Of a DNA stretch of 64,000 nt, positions 38,777 to 53,000 are shown piece after piece (position 1 is the first letter of the stretch; every line of letters starts with the position of its first letter). The DNA comes from Marsupella aquatica (taxonomy: Eukaryota; Plantae; Marchantiophyta), in contig OZ316897.1 of the NCBI GenBank assembly GCA_973895155.1, positions 10,377,832-10,441,831 of the forward strand. The letters run 5' to 3'. The position numbers and the translations under genes are program-made. Below the pieces are notes generated by a model that did not search any database, was not told the origin of the DNA, and worked only from the letters and a program-made list of their open reading frames with translations.

Positions 38777-39828
38777 GTGCAGGCTCTCAGGAAGACACTC
38801 CAAACGGACACTTGTCCAAGCTATGCACTATGTCATAATTGCATGCATGGATATCATGTATGAACTTCTCAATATGTGTATGTTGCACTTTCCAATAAGT
38901 GAATTTGAAATTGCTCCTCCACTTTTGCAAGTGTTTTGTCATGTCATATGCATCGGACAATGCATTTTTGGGTACATAAAAAGGCTCTAATAGTAGAGGA
39001 TTACAAAACCAACCTGTACTATAGTTACCCATAGAATGCACTTATATACGGTTATGCACTTGTAGACTGTAGTAGTGTTCACAAAACTTCTTGGCCGCAC
39101 ACGCGAAACATAAACTTGGAAAAGCGATGATTCCACGTGTCACAATGAGCTTGCGTGTGCATTTATGAAGTGGAGGGTTCAATGTTCAAGCCTAATAAGT
39201 AAAACCCTTTTTACCGTGCTATCGTTGTAAATGATCCTCGCACCAAACGCCCTGCTCCTTGATGCTCGTCCAGCTTCTCGATCACTCGCTCCCTTCCTTC
39301 CATTCTTCCTGGCTGACTTCCCCTACCACCAAAGCCACATTTTCCTTCCTCATTATTGCGCCTGTACCTACTGTACTTCTTCTCGTCGTCCGATGAGGTC
39401 GCCTCCCCAGCATTGAGCTCTTTCTTGTCTTCCAAATGCTGGCAGAGAACCTCATTTCTGGCACAGAAGAACGAGACCCAAACGTTGAGCAGCTGTTTGT
39501 CTATCACCCATCTCAAAAGGTTTCACTCGCTTGTTAATTAAGCAACGATCATCGTCAGGATCAGCACGGAATGCCATCATTCAGGATACTTGAACTTGAA
39601 CGAATGAGACACTTTGTCTCTTTCCACTCAGAGGTTTGTTTGACTTGACTTGAGTTGGTGGGTCGGTGGCTTGGTTGCAGTGGCAACCAATCTGGGGAAT
39701 CCCAGTGCACATTGAGGAAGAAGAGGTGCCAAGGAGTAAGGGCACATCATACAACAATTCTTGTTGTGATGAGGAGAATTGGAAGGGCGACTCGGATATT
39801 GTCAAATTCTCAATGAAGAGGGACAGCG

Positions 39829-42800
39829 ATGGGGTTCTCAGGAAGTCTAGAGCGCAGTCTGCGTGCAGACCTGTCGGAGCGAGTTCTGCTTTTGCATGGG
39901 CTGTCCGGCTGGCCCTCCCCCCATGGATCCTACGCTCTCTGCGAGGTGAGGCTTTCATAGTTCTGTGGTCGACCCTTTAGCTCTGAGTTTCCAGCAATGA
40001 ATACCGGATCAATTTTGATTTCATTGTTGATATAGGTGGCCAATGAGTTGAAGTATGGGCTGTGAAATTCCTTGTCTCCGAGGGTTTTCGGGTCCTGTGT
40101 GTACAAATAATGAAATGAAAATCCGTATAAATACACTTGTATAATGTTACGGTTGCCTTTCTACGTTGACGCGCCTGACTTGGTGACATCATTGCAGGTG
40201 GATTTGTCAACAGATGGAGATCCGATTGGGACCACGGGGTAAGTGGCAATGCCTTTAGGTGTTGGGCTTATTTGGTCAGTCCTAGAGTCTTTTCTTCATG
40301 CATTTCATTCTTCTTTCAAGAAGGTGACGACTGTATCTGAGGAAAGTCTATGAACCCACACGGCTAGCAAGAGAATTCTGTTGGCTACTGGTCACTTCTT
40401 CTTTTTAGTTTCTATAGTCTGATATTATTATATTAATTCATTTGCAGGAGCGAGAAAGATGTCCAATTTGTTATAGAGGCCATCCCTGGAAACTACACCG
40501 GAATAAGCAACTTGGGGAACAATGTCAGGTAGTTAAGAGCACTTGAAAGCCAGGTCCATGTTCAGCGGATGGTGATGATACAGACATCAATCCTTGCAAA
40601 TTCTATTGTAGTGAGGTTGGTGACAAGCTAGATTGCATTGAAGTTTGGCTACTAAAGTGCGTATCTTACCCGAGTATGTTCATGTACATAAGTTTGTTTT
40701 GCAGACTTGGTAATGGTTTACAAGAAGACCAGGAAGTACATCCTGGCAGTAACAGCAAATTACTGTCGGAGACACATAATTTGCACGGTGAAGGAGGTCC
40801 TTTTGATGGGCATTGGAAGGCACGAGAGGATATTACGATTGATGCGCAGGCAGAACCGGTCTTTAAGTCTCCCTGTCCAGAGTCTCGCACACAGTTAAAT
40901 TTCTCACCAACTGGATCTTTCAACATTGCCAGAGAGCAGGATACCAGCTCATTTTTAAGCGAGCTTGCTGTGCTGGCTCCAGGGGTCACTATCTGCCCTG
41001 CTTCATATGAGACACTCGTCGTGACAGTCAGAGAGTTGCAAGGCAATATTATCGATTGTAGTAACGAGCAGAAGAAGTTGCAACAAGCTGACCATCCTGG
41101 TCCATTAGAAATTGAAGTGGGGGAAGCGGTCTCGAAATCTGAGGATAATCAGCTGTCTTGTCGTGGCGATGACGCCACTTATTTCAAGAGAAAAATTCAT
41201 CCTAACCTGAGTCCAATTTTGGGCTTACTCCAAGGGCCGTCCTATCTATATCTAATTTATCCAGCAATGCCCTTCACATTTCAGTCCTTATTGTACTTTA
41301 GTCCACATGCTCTGGAAGATGATCTACAAATTCGTTTCCTCATATTTCAAGTTTTGTCAGCCGTGGCCTATTGTCATAAGCAAGGTCTGAGTCACGGAGA
41401 CTTGCGTCCCTCAAATATATTACTGACAGAGAACTTATGGTGCCTGATAACAGGTTTCCTGCATTGCCCTAAGAGAAACCTATCCAAATCATTAAAGGCT
41501 GACACCTTACCAACTCATGCGGACCCTTCTAGTAAAGATGAAGCACTGGGAAGTAGAAGTGTCGATCCAGAGCCTAGTATTGTGGGCTTTGCTTCTGACT
41601 GGAGGGATGTTATCAAAGGATGGTCGTCAGGACACGTAAGCAACTATGACTACTTACTTTTGCTAAATAAATTAGCTGGAAGAAGATGGGCTGATCCGTG
41701 TTTTCACACAGTAATGCCATGGGTGATTGATTTCAGTGTAAAGCCGGACCAGACTGGCAATAGCGGCTGGCGAGATCTCACAAAGAGTAAATGGAGACTA
41801 GCAAAAGGAGATGAGCAGCTAGATTTTACTTATGCTAGTGCAGAGATGCCTCACCATGTCTCTGACGAGTGCCTTTCAGAATTGGCTGTGTGTATCTACA
41901 AAGCTCGACAGCTGCCCTTGCTTGTGCTTCGGCGAATAGTTCGTTCGGTGTACGAGCCTAATGAATACCCTGCAAATATGCAAAGGCTCTTTCAGTGGAC
42001 TCCAGACGAGTGTATACCAGAATTCTACAGTGACGTTCACATATTTGAGTCTATTCATCCTGGCATGAACAGTTTGGCTGTTCCGACATGGGCAAAGGAT
42101 GCAAAGGAGTTCATAGCACTCCACAGAATTGCTCTCGAGTCCGACAGAGTTTCCAGTCAAATCCATCATTGGATCGATCTGACGTTTGGATACAAGCTAT
42201 CTGGTGAGGCTGCGGTTTCTGCAAAAAATGTAACCCTATCAACGGTTTCCCCAACAGTGCCTCGGTCAAGTGGGCGACGACAGCTCTTTACGAAACGTCA
42301 TCCTCGACGACAGCACTGTAAGACTACTGACGTTGTAAGTTTGCACTTTGTAGATACTTCGACGAAATAGTTTGCGAGCAAAGCTGAGTCTGGTTGCTTC
42401 TCCTTCACCTGTTTGTTGTACCTAGAAGCTCCTATGCTCCTATGATGTAAGTGGTAGAGCCGTCTCTGAACATCACAACAATGGTGGTGACGTTAAAAAA
42501 TGTGCCATTGAGGTTAAAAGTGGCTCTAATTGTGGATGCAGCTGGAGGAGGCACAAAAATTGATCTTCGGAACACTATCCGTGAGAGATCAAATAATATC
42601 TCCGAGATCGAGGAGCTTGACCCCTCAGAGAACACTGGCGCTTCGTCTTTCTACAGGTCGAAGACAGGCTCGGTGTCTAAAGTTCATGATTATGGCAGTC
42701 ATCATTCTGAACCGGTCAGCACTTTGGAGGCACTTGAAGAATTGACGTCCTTTTCTGAGTTAGCTAGACATTTGTCTCCCTGCTATAGGGTGCCAACGGA

Positions 42801-45800
42801 CTTAAAAGGGAGTGGCGATACCAGGGATGGAAAAAACCAGAATAGGAACAGGGGCTCCTTGGAAGCTTTGGATGCCTCACCTCAATCAACAGAAGAAGTT
42901 CAGAAGCAAGAATTATCGCCCTACAATATGAGTGCTTTCATTGCCCTCTTAGATAACGCTCCTCAGTATCAGAAGCTTCTGGAAAACCTGCAGGAGGAGG
43001 CAGATGATGGGCACGATTTGAATGACAGTTTGTGGTCCATACAGAAGAGCATAGTTCCCCAAAAGCGATTGTCGGTTGGTGAGAGCGAAGACATATTTTC
43101 AATAGGTTGTATAATTGTCGAGCTTTACTTAAAGAGGCCTCTATTTGATCCCAGCACTGCGAGTTTGTACAAAGCTCATGGAGTTATACCTGGTGTAGTG
43201 GAGTGCCTTCCAACCTATGTTCAGTCTTTGGTAAAGTCCACTCTGGAGAAAGATCTTTCAAGGTTTGTATACCTACCTTCGCTCATCTTTGAAATACTCT
43301 GGAAAACAGTATTTAGCAGATTAGACCATATCTTTGAGGTTATGGGATACTTAATGATAGTAGTCAATAACTATTGAATAATCACCCAGTCACATGAGCA
43401 CAAATATTGCAGCTAAGACAGACCCTCGCTCAGTCTGATCTGCGGGCAATAGTCTTAATGGAGAAAGGTTCTGTAAACTGAAATCACTGTTATCTTTGTT
43501 TAGTTAGTGTTGACACAAGATGTGGTCGTGGGTGATATTTCTGTTCTTCGAGCTTACATGCCCTGGCTTTGCAACCTGAAAAGTTCACTCAACATCACAT
43601 ACCTCAGTATTGATTTAAAAAACCTTCATTAATCGGATTTATCTGCAGAATGCCAACAGCTTCAGAACTTCTAGATTCTCCTTTCTTTCCTGCGACTATC
43701 CGGGCAGTTTACTTCTTCCTCGCTCCTCTTCAGTTATTGAGAAACAAGCATGATCGGCTGAGGTATATTGCAAGGATGGCAAGTGGAGGAGCCTTCGTAT
43801 CAATGGGACATGCTGCTGCTGAGATGTGCACCAGCTCAGCCTTGTCTTTGATTTCTCCACCCTATCAAGACATTGACATTGATGCAGTTATGATGTTGAT
43901 CACTAAGCTGCTTGAAGCTCTGAAACCGCACACATCCAAGCGGCTGCTAGTCCCGGTGGTTCAGAGATTACTTCAGGTGTTACTGATATCCTCACACACT
44001 TCGTTCAGGCCTGTCTTACTGACTTAAGGCACATTAACGGTGCTTTGGAAGCTGCAGTTTGGATACAATTGTTAAATAGTACACTGGAGACTTACGTTTA
44101 CGTTTGTGTATTGTTAAAATGATAAACGCTTATTTGGACAAAGCCTTGATAAAGTCTTGCGTTGTGAATATCGTCGCTTGGTTACAGTCTGCTGAAGCTC
44201 TTATTCATTTCCCTTGGACATTATTTATTCCTTCTCACCCAGTCCCTGACTGTTGCCGTTGTGGGTAATTTTTGTAGAGCCAGCAGTTTCCGCAGCTGAA
44301 GGAGGCCTTACTAAAACTTGCTTTTATCAAAGAGCTGTGGAAGGTCGTGGGAACTGGTGCTTACTTGCAATTCATTCATTTGTCGGTGTTGGGGAGTCTG
44401 CGCCGTGTACCATCACGGAGCCTGGCAACAGCCGCTTCAAAAGTTCTTGTGAGCATGTGCTTAAATCTGGGCGTTCCCATCACTTTGCATCAGGTGCAGT
44501 ACCTAATGAATGGCATTAACAATGTTTCACTGGGAAGATAGTAGTAGGCTGCTCTTTTGCTATTCCCTTCGTATACATAGTTGGTTTTCTAATAAGGAGG
44601 CTTTGTCATGCTGGTGAAGTCAGAGCTGTCTCGTAGAACTATGTTTTTGCCTACTTGTCTGTCTGCAATAGCTTTACACGACCATCTCAGAAAACTGTAA
44701 TTGGACTTGTCGGTTTCACAGACGGTTCTTCCTCTCTTGCAAGCTTTCGGACGGGATATCACCGTGGATCATATTGATGTGCTCGCTGGGATTGGTAAGA
44801 TCTACCGATTCACGTGCAGAATTCTTTGTAGATCATTCTTTGTGCCTTCATACCCACTTTTGTATGCTAGTATTGATCCTCACCTCATTGGAACTGTAGT
44901 TTAATGCAGAATATACTTTCCTGCGATGTTGTCGACTTGAATATCTGCTGCGCTTGTCAAGTACAGTTGTATGTACCTAACGGAGTACAATGGTAAATTG
45001 ATATTTAAATTATGGTAGGCTTTGGGTTGGCCTGGCTGCAGGGGAACAGATGGGTGAGACACTAGTTGTCAAGCATTTGCTGCCGCCCCTACGAACCATC
45101 ATTGAATCAAATGTTGATTTTTTAGTGACTGAAGAGCCTGGGCCCATTCACAGCTGGCGCTTTTTGGCGGTGGTGGATGCTATGGCAGTTCTTGATCGTC
45201 TAAGAAGCATTTTAAGGCCAGGTGTAGTGCTTCGGGAGTTGCTTCAGGTTTCTTTCCACAATACGGACTCCACTGATTCCTGGCTTTATGAATCATTTTG
45301 GCTCTCTTTGCATCGTAAAGTACGGATTGTCAATGGTTAAATTTCCTCGGTCTTTATCAGTCGCTTTGTATTGTTCCAGCATGTTTGATGTTTGTGTTCC
45401 ATGAATTGCAGGAGCCACACAATGTCTATACGAGGCTGCTCCTGCAGCTAAAATTGAGCCCAAATTTACTACAGGTTGCTTTCCAAACCTATTTCTAATT
45501 TTAGGAAAAGGCTTCAAAATAATTGTGTGCGAGTGGAGCAAAAATTGTGCGTGTGTAACATTACGATGGTGTTGTCCCGACCTGTCGACTCATCCCTTGT
45601 TGTGGTTCAGTGCAAGTGAAACTTGACGCCAGAACACTTAGGCCCTCGATTGTCAATGTTGTTTCTTGGTACTGATTTTTTTCAAAGGTGTTAATTGTGC
45701 TTAACCTTGAGGAAGATCAATTACGCACAGACGCTTCTTCACTGTCTCATCAATATCATATTCAATTGATACAAATTGTTTTATTGACAGTGTGCAGCAA

Positions 45801-48800
45801 AGGCACTGCTTCTGGTATGTGATTATGTTGGGGCAGAAGCTGCAGTATCATGTGTGTTGCCACAGCTGAAACAGCTTTTCGATGGCCTTGTATTTGCTGG
45901 AAAATTGGAAAGGAGTCTGGACAATGGCAAGGCACTGTCGACTTCCAAGATAAACAGTATCCATGGTTCTCCGTTATCTGGTAGCCAAGAGAAAGTTGAG
46001 TCCTCCTCAAGTGAAGATAAACGTCAGCTCTTCCTTACATCAGGGACTCGTTCTGGTGGAAGCAGTCTGGCTGCCCTGACAGAGGGCCCAAAAGTTGAAG
46101 ATCACATTTTACTTGTGTAAGCTTGCAAACTACGAGTGTGACATCCATTATGTTTGCCTTTTTCTCTTCAACTGTCTCTTGAAATACTCTGTTACTCGAT
46201 ATTAAGATGCGGTTGCTTTAGATGTTTAGACAATGGAGTGAAGTAGACGTTTATATGACTGACTTTCACGAACCTTAATTTTAGATGTTTATATGGAGTT
46301 GAGATAGTTTTCCAAAAATGACTAATGGTGGGATGGGAATCGAAGAGTGAAATAGAATTGAGTCTATGGCCCTCAATGGAGACCTGGTACACGAAGTCGA
46401 GAGGTGGAAAAGTAAATAACATGTAAGGAAAGATAGAGTGGATGAGAATTTTAGTCTGTGTTCCCGATCGGGACATGGGAGAGAACAGCGCAGAGCGACT
46501 GTAAGCGAAAATTTGGATTTTCTCAAATAAGAATGGCGCAAACTCAACATCGCACGAGTGGTACTGTCAACCATCCAAAAATGTTAATCAACCGAACATA
46601 TTCACCAACTTCAGTGCAGTTCTTGCTTTCTGTAGTTATCATAGCCACACCCCAGCACCTCTGAGGCACACTTGGCGTCCTTGTTGTAGGCATATTTTGT
46701 ACCCTGGGCTGGCGTCCCTTGTTGGAATTGAGAGACTACGTCAAGGCTTGACCACATGGCTGCTACTGGAACAGGCTTTGCTCAAGCATTGCAACTGGAA
46801 GGTACTCATCTACCGGAACCCGAATTGCAACCTTAACAGGATGCTAGGTTCTAGCCTTTTTACATCAGAGTCGTCGTTGCTGCCACTCTAGCAGCCATGT
46901 AAACGCTCTCAGTCCGTCCTGAGCCCAGGGTCTTTGACCGGAAGGCTGGAGCAGATGCTAGAGGAAGAATTTGGACAGAGGAACTCATTGTGCCACATCT
47001 GTTAAGAGTTGGAGTCATTTAATCGTCATTTTCTTCTAAATTGTTTAGTGACCATTTTCAATATTATGTTGCATTAGTTCTTAAATGTATGGCGGGTATT
47101 TCGTGATCTCAAAGCTGGACGTGTACAATTGTGGTAAAGTCTGTGTGACATGTTAAGCTGATTTCTCCAAAATCCGGTGATCTATTTTATGCAGTGGGAA
47201 GGCTCAGATGTGAATCAGTCAAAGATTTTGGAAAAGAACTCGTCAACTGAATCCGGTTATGAGTCTATGAATCCAGCGAATTTACTCCTTGATGGTGTGG
47301 GATGGTCGACACCACTCTCTCAGAGTGTCAAATGGAACAAGTCTCCTGCCTCGAAGAGGACTTCTGAAGTCAGCAACGAAAAGCTGAGAAGTGTCGCTGA
47401 TTTTGATATCGGTCAAGATGAAGGGTCATCTTGGTCATGGTTTACCAGCAGGGCTACTCTCTGGGATGCAGAGGGCTTTGGTCGAATAGGGGCAGTTGGG
47501 CTCACAAAGGATGACCACTCCTGGGGTTTGAATACCACTATTCTAAATTCATGGAGAGCGCACAATGGGTTAATTCGGTCCACAATGCTTGCTGAAGATG
47601 AGAACACGATATTCACCGCTGGAGGAGGTCCTAGAGGAGGTTCTGTTGTTAGAGAATGGAAATTGTCTACCCAAGAATGTGTCATGGAGTACTCTGGTCA
47701 TGAAGAGGTCAGCAGTGTTCATAAAAAATGATCTCGTCGCACCTTTGTCTCTAGTAGTATTTTTCTCTAAAATCCAAGTTTTGTGAAGGGTTACTCATCG
47801 TACCTCGTGAGTCTTTTGCACCTCATTTTCTATCGTTGTAGGTCTGTCCACACTGTTACTGAGTTTTCTGTTTTCTAGCAGCAGAACGAGACCACTAGTT
47901 CCTACCTTGAATGTCTGATGAACCATCGAATAAGTTTATGTCCTTCGGGCGAAAAGAAGCGTAAGTAATCCCGCCTCATACGTATCTTGCAGGCTGTGAA
48001 TGACATTTGCATATTGCCGGGAAGCGGAAGGTTAGCCTCTTGTGATGGAACAATTCATATATGGAATGCGCACTCAGGACAGCGCCTTGCTCTGTTTGAT
48101 GAGTCCACAACCTCCCCTTTGTCATCGTCATCATCAGCACCATCTTCCGGTGCGCCCACGGATAGTGGTAAAACCAGTGTTGATGTCCAAAATGGCAATG
48201 GAGCTTCCGCATCCCCCTACAGTTTGGCAGCAAGCTTGACAGGAGGTGGCCTTTATAATCGTTTGCACAGTATGGAGGCTGAGCAAAGATTGGTTGGAGG
48301 GATGGTCAATGGGTCCTTGAGGTACAAGCAAATTTGTCCCTAGGCACCCCTATTTCGAAGTATGGTGGAATATGTAGATTGAACAGAACTACAACACATC
48401 AGAGCTGTCGCTTAATCTCCTGTTTTCTATGCTATCTTAAACTGTCATTCACCGACTGGCTCTTGTTTCCTTTATTTCTGTTTAAAGTTCCCCCCGTATT
48501 TTACAAAAAAATTTAACAATGTTTCCGCCGAGTTCTAATATTGTCGATCGTTTGGACCAAGAAAAATCCGAATAGAGGTATTCTGGGAGCTATCTTGCCA
48601 ATGCAAGGATGAGGATTTTTTGGTCCCGGTGGACATGCCAACGAAACAATAGCGGAAAGAACTAAGAGTCCCTAGAATGCGATTTTTCCAAACTGAAAAA
48701 TACACAGATGAAAATGCTTGGTCACAGGGGAATGCCAGGAGAAAACCAAGGTAGGGAAGTCGGCGTAATCTGATTCTTTAAAAGGCAAGACTTATCACAG

Positions 48801-50076
48801 CTTTCTGGGGGGATGGATGTCATTTTGACAGATTCTTCGACATAGAACAAGGGCGTCAACTGCACTTATGGCGCTTTGGACACATGGAGACATCTTTATC
48901 GTCTTTGGTCTCGGCCATTACTTCCTCTGGACAAGGAGGGTCTATGGACGGGAGACGATTTTCAAACCGTTCTTCGTGGATTGCTGTCGGTTTTGGGTCT
49001 GGGCGCTGCCATTTGGTTGATTACAACAGTGGCACGGTTGTGGGTCAATGGCGTGCTCATGATAGCTACATAACTAAGGTGTGGGTCTCTTTTGTCTACT
49101 CTTCCGTTTTGGTTCAGAAGATATCAGGGACAACGAGAGACAGTCGATGGAGAATGTTATGCGAAGTAGTCAATGTTTGTGCAGTCACTCTAGTGAGAGC
49201 AGCCTTCCGTTCTCTTACTAATGTATGTGGTAAAACATTCAAGGTGAGTCTCTTAAGCAAGTTGCCCCTGATTTGTCCATGGGCACACGTTTTTATGTTC
49301 TGCTTCCGTCAATGATGCCAATGCAGTTGTATTCGCTGGAGGAGCATTACCTTATATCAAGCTCTCTGGATAAGACAATCGGTCTATGGGACCTCAGAAG
49401 GTAAATGTACATGGGTTCTTTAATCTGTTTCATAAGATTTCTGCCTTTCTTCAGTTTTGCGCTCAGATGCTATCTAACGGTACTGCTAGAGTTTTTGAAG
49501 ATTGAATATGCATCATATCGATTCCTGGTGATACTGTGCATGGACTTATCTATTATGCCTGTTGAACAGAGGGGCATCACCAGAATGTTTGCAAGTGTTT
49601 CGTGGACACAACCATGGCGTGACAAGTTTTGCGGTTAAAGGCTGTGATTTGCTTTCTGCTGCTGGCAGCAAGATTGGACTGTCATGCCTATCCAAGATTG
49701 CTATGCAGGTGGGTCCCTGGCCTTAACTTTCTCCTGTAACTGTTGTTTTGTACTCCTAATGGTAAATCGATAAGACTGGTGAAAACTCAAGCTTGCACGA
49801 TTACTTTCTGGAGTCAATTTAGGGCTGGTCCTCAAAGCTGTTCTCAACTCTTGCTCCTCATGGAATCCCCTGGCGGTTCGCTGTCCTTCCCTGTTGTGAT
49901 CGTATCTTGGGTGGAAATTGCAGGCCGAAGATAGGCAGTTGATTCAGCCTCAGAAGCTCTATTCTGCCGAGCGGGGTACTCGGTCTCGCTCCAACATTTC
50001 GACCATCAGTGTCTTGCCATTCTCACGACTTTTCTTCGTCGGAACTGATGATGGCCATCTCAAGATTTGTTCATAG
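39829..50076 (+). CDS. GFS12: BEACH-domain / kinase-like / WD40 protein (GFS12, WDR81-like), multi-exon
   Basis: First exon MGFSGSLERSLRADLSERVLLLHGLS...; kinase-like HGDLRPSNILL; BEACH SNYDYLLLLNKLAGRRW, WRDLTKSKWRLAKGDEQLD, YEPNEYP, WTPDECIPEFY, HHWIDLTFGYKL; WD40 exons SWRAH, YSGHEE-AVNDIC, WRAHDSYITK; end GTDDGHLKICS* (TAG 50074-50076). Internal exon borders are approximate. Confidence 0.93.
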
Positions 50077-53000
50077 CATGGTTTGTTATACTTGAGACAT
50101 CTCCCCTTTGGGGTAATTTAAGGTACGTCTGGAGGCTGTTGATGGTAAACACATTAGCATGTCACAGCTACTAAAAATACCTTTATGCCACCTCTAATGG
50201 CTGGGCACTCGACTATTCCAGATAGCTTGCCTCATCTATTACCTGGAAGCATATTTAAGGTTTTCCTCAGTACAGCACCTGGCATGCATCGCAAAATTCG
50301 GGGGTGTTCGCTGTTTTATGGGCAATGGTCATGAGAATTAGGTCGAGGGAAGCAGAATGAGCTCCAAGCTTACTTCTTTTGGCCAATTGATGGCCAGAAC
50401 AAAAACCTGGAGACGGTCATGCTCCACCTGAAGTAGGGATAGAACGCCACATTAGAATAGGCTTCCATCTCATTTTGTGCCGTGTCTGCATAAAATGACT
50501 TGATTACATCATGTAGTGAAACTTGTGGCGTGAAGTTCGCTCAGTCCGAGTCACTCCACCTGTTTTGTATATAAGGAATTCATAGATCCTGGCCAATTCT
50601 TTTCAATGCCTAACTCTACTCAATTTTGATCCATTTCCTGAATCCTTAAGCATGCTGCCAGCTGAAGCCTAGAGTTGAAAGTACCACAGCCCAAATTGCC
50701 CTCTTTCCCTTACCGAGCGTAGGAACCAATAGAGAGGAACCCTTCCTAACTTCAATATATAGACTATTTTTATGACATTTGGTATTATAACGACGAGCAA
50801 CTGCAAGCCTCATCTGGATTTGTCCTTTGTCTCTGTTCTCCATGACGTCGGTTGGAACATGTTGTCAAATGGAGAGTGGATGTTGATCCCTAATATGGTA
50901 GACTTGACGCAACCTTTTCCACCTGCACAATATAGTCGTTGAACCATTCTCTGATTTGGACTCTGTCCTGCAACCTCGCGATGCAAGATTGATCAAGATG
51001 CTTGGCAGCACTCTTTTCAGACTCTGTCGCACCGCTCTGTTAGAAAGTTTGAGTAATTCGTTTTATTCCGGACGACATCCTTTCATCTAACATAATGTAG
51101 TGCATAAGGGACTTGTGAAGCTGTGCAATCGGTGACGAGCTGTGGTGATGCTTGTCTCCCACTCACCTCAGCTGTAAGCCAAAGCTGGACTTCAGCCTTA
51201 CCACTCCAATTGGAAAGGTTCATTCTTCCACAATGATGCAATTAGGGCTTTGCTTTGGACAGCAGTAGACACCAGAACTGATGATGAGTAATGAACGAAA
51301 CGATCAAGCGACCAGATTCTTTCTCTGGAACTTTGAGGCCCAACCCAATGCAGCGAGGAAGTATAAAGAAATCCAACGAGATTTACATGAAAGTAAAGCA
51401 TCAACCTATCTTCATCACTGGAAAACAGATTGCAAGGCAGCGAAGGACAATCAAGCATACCCTTCTGTGTACATTGCCGGGACTTTCAGCCTACAAGTTA
51501 AAAATTGAGAATGCACTTGTGTAAATTGGTGGGACAATCAGCCTAAAATTTGAAAATTAAGAATTGCAGCTTAAGGATATTCCTCCCAAAGATAGGGCAT
51601 ACCCTAAAACTGGTAAACTGCATTGTTCACTTTGCCCTCGGGCTTCGGCATCCCTTTCTGACACTCGTGAGTTGTGGAAGTACACAGCTGGAAGGACAGC
51701 CACCATCACGGTTTGTGGCTGCTGGTATTCTGGCAACAGGTGACTTGTCCAGAAAAGGAATTTCCATGCACAGTAAGGAGAAGAGACCTGATTTCTTCTA
51801 CCTTTTTTCTCTCACACTTAGCTGAATCAGATTTCCGTCCACATGAACTGACCCCTTTCAATTTGGTACGACTCAGGACAATCAAGTGATCGAGTAGAAC
51901 ACCTGGTCTTCAAGTACAATACCTGGACTAGAGTTCTGCATTACCATCTCGAGAGGTGGACCCCTGAAGCTGGCAGAAGGCACAGCAATATTTGCCAAGG
52001 ACAGTGACATTGCTATTAATTATTATGAGCTGGTGTGCTCGCAGACATGCTAACATGCAGAGACACATGGAATACTTTCAACTCTACCTCATATGGATCC
52101 AATGCTCAGAGAGTTGTTCCATAGGATGGTGCCCACCACCTGGACAACCTAGAAATCTCTTTTTGGGGTTGACTTAAGATTGATTCCCATTCTCCCCTTT
52201 GGGGGGGGGGGGGGGGGGTGGGGTGTACCACTAGGGAGTCCCAAAGTTTGGGTATCTCAAGAACCCTCTGGGTTGCTGACTGCCAGGAAACAAGGCCAAA
52301 ACTAGGGCCGGGTCATGCTTTTCGGGCATGAGTTAAGCGGGGGGTGGGGTGGGGAGGGGGAAGGGGGGGGTGGGGGGGGCACTTTGAAAGATGTGGTAGA
52401 AGCTGTAGAGGTAATGGAAGATACACAGCATGCTTATAACGAAAAAGGCTGGGCAAAACAGTGTGGTCGGCAACTCAGTGTACCGCACTCTTTGAGTCTG
52501 TATTCCGCACCGCAAACTCTTGGCCCAACTAAAAGGCACTGTCTATTAAAGTTGGAGACACCCTACTATAGGTGTAGCACATTTCCGCTGCCTACCCTTG
52601 TTTACCGCAAGGAAGTGTGGGGCAATGGGGTGAATGGAAATAAACTCTTTTGCAATTGATTGTAGACTACTCATTGCAGAGGCAATCTTGCCCCATGATC
52701 TTTGGGGGAGTGAGGGCCCAAGGCCTTGGGTCCAGTGCAAATACAATAGGCCCTGGCAACTTACCTGCTCCAGTATTGTCACTTGTATGCCTTCAGGACT
52801 TGGTTTTTTTTTACTAAAAAGGAGGGTTTGACCATGCCCGATGCTTATGCCAGTTGTGCAGCATAAACCACAGGGCATGGTTTGCCTTCCAGAAATGGTT
52901 TTAAAAAGGAATTGCTAATCATTCATGGAAGAGACATGAAATTGCTCAAATCACTCCTAGAGAAGAAAGGTGTACCAGAAATTAGAAATCAGGGAAAAAC

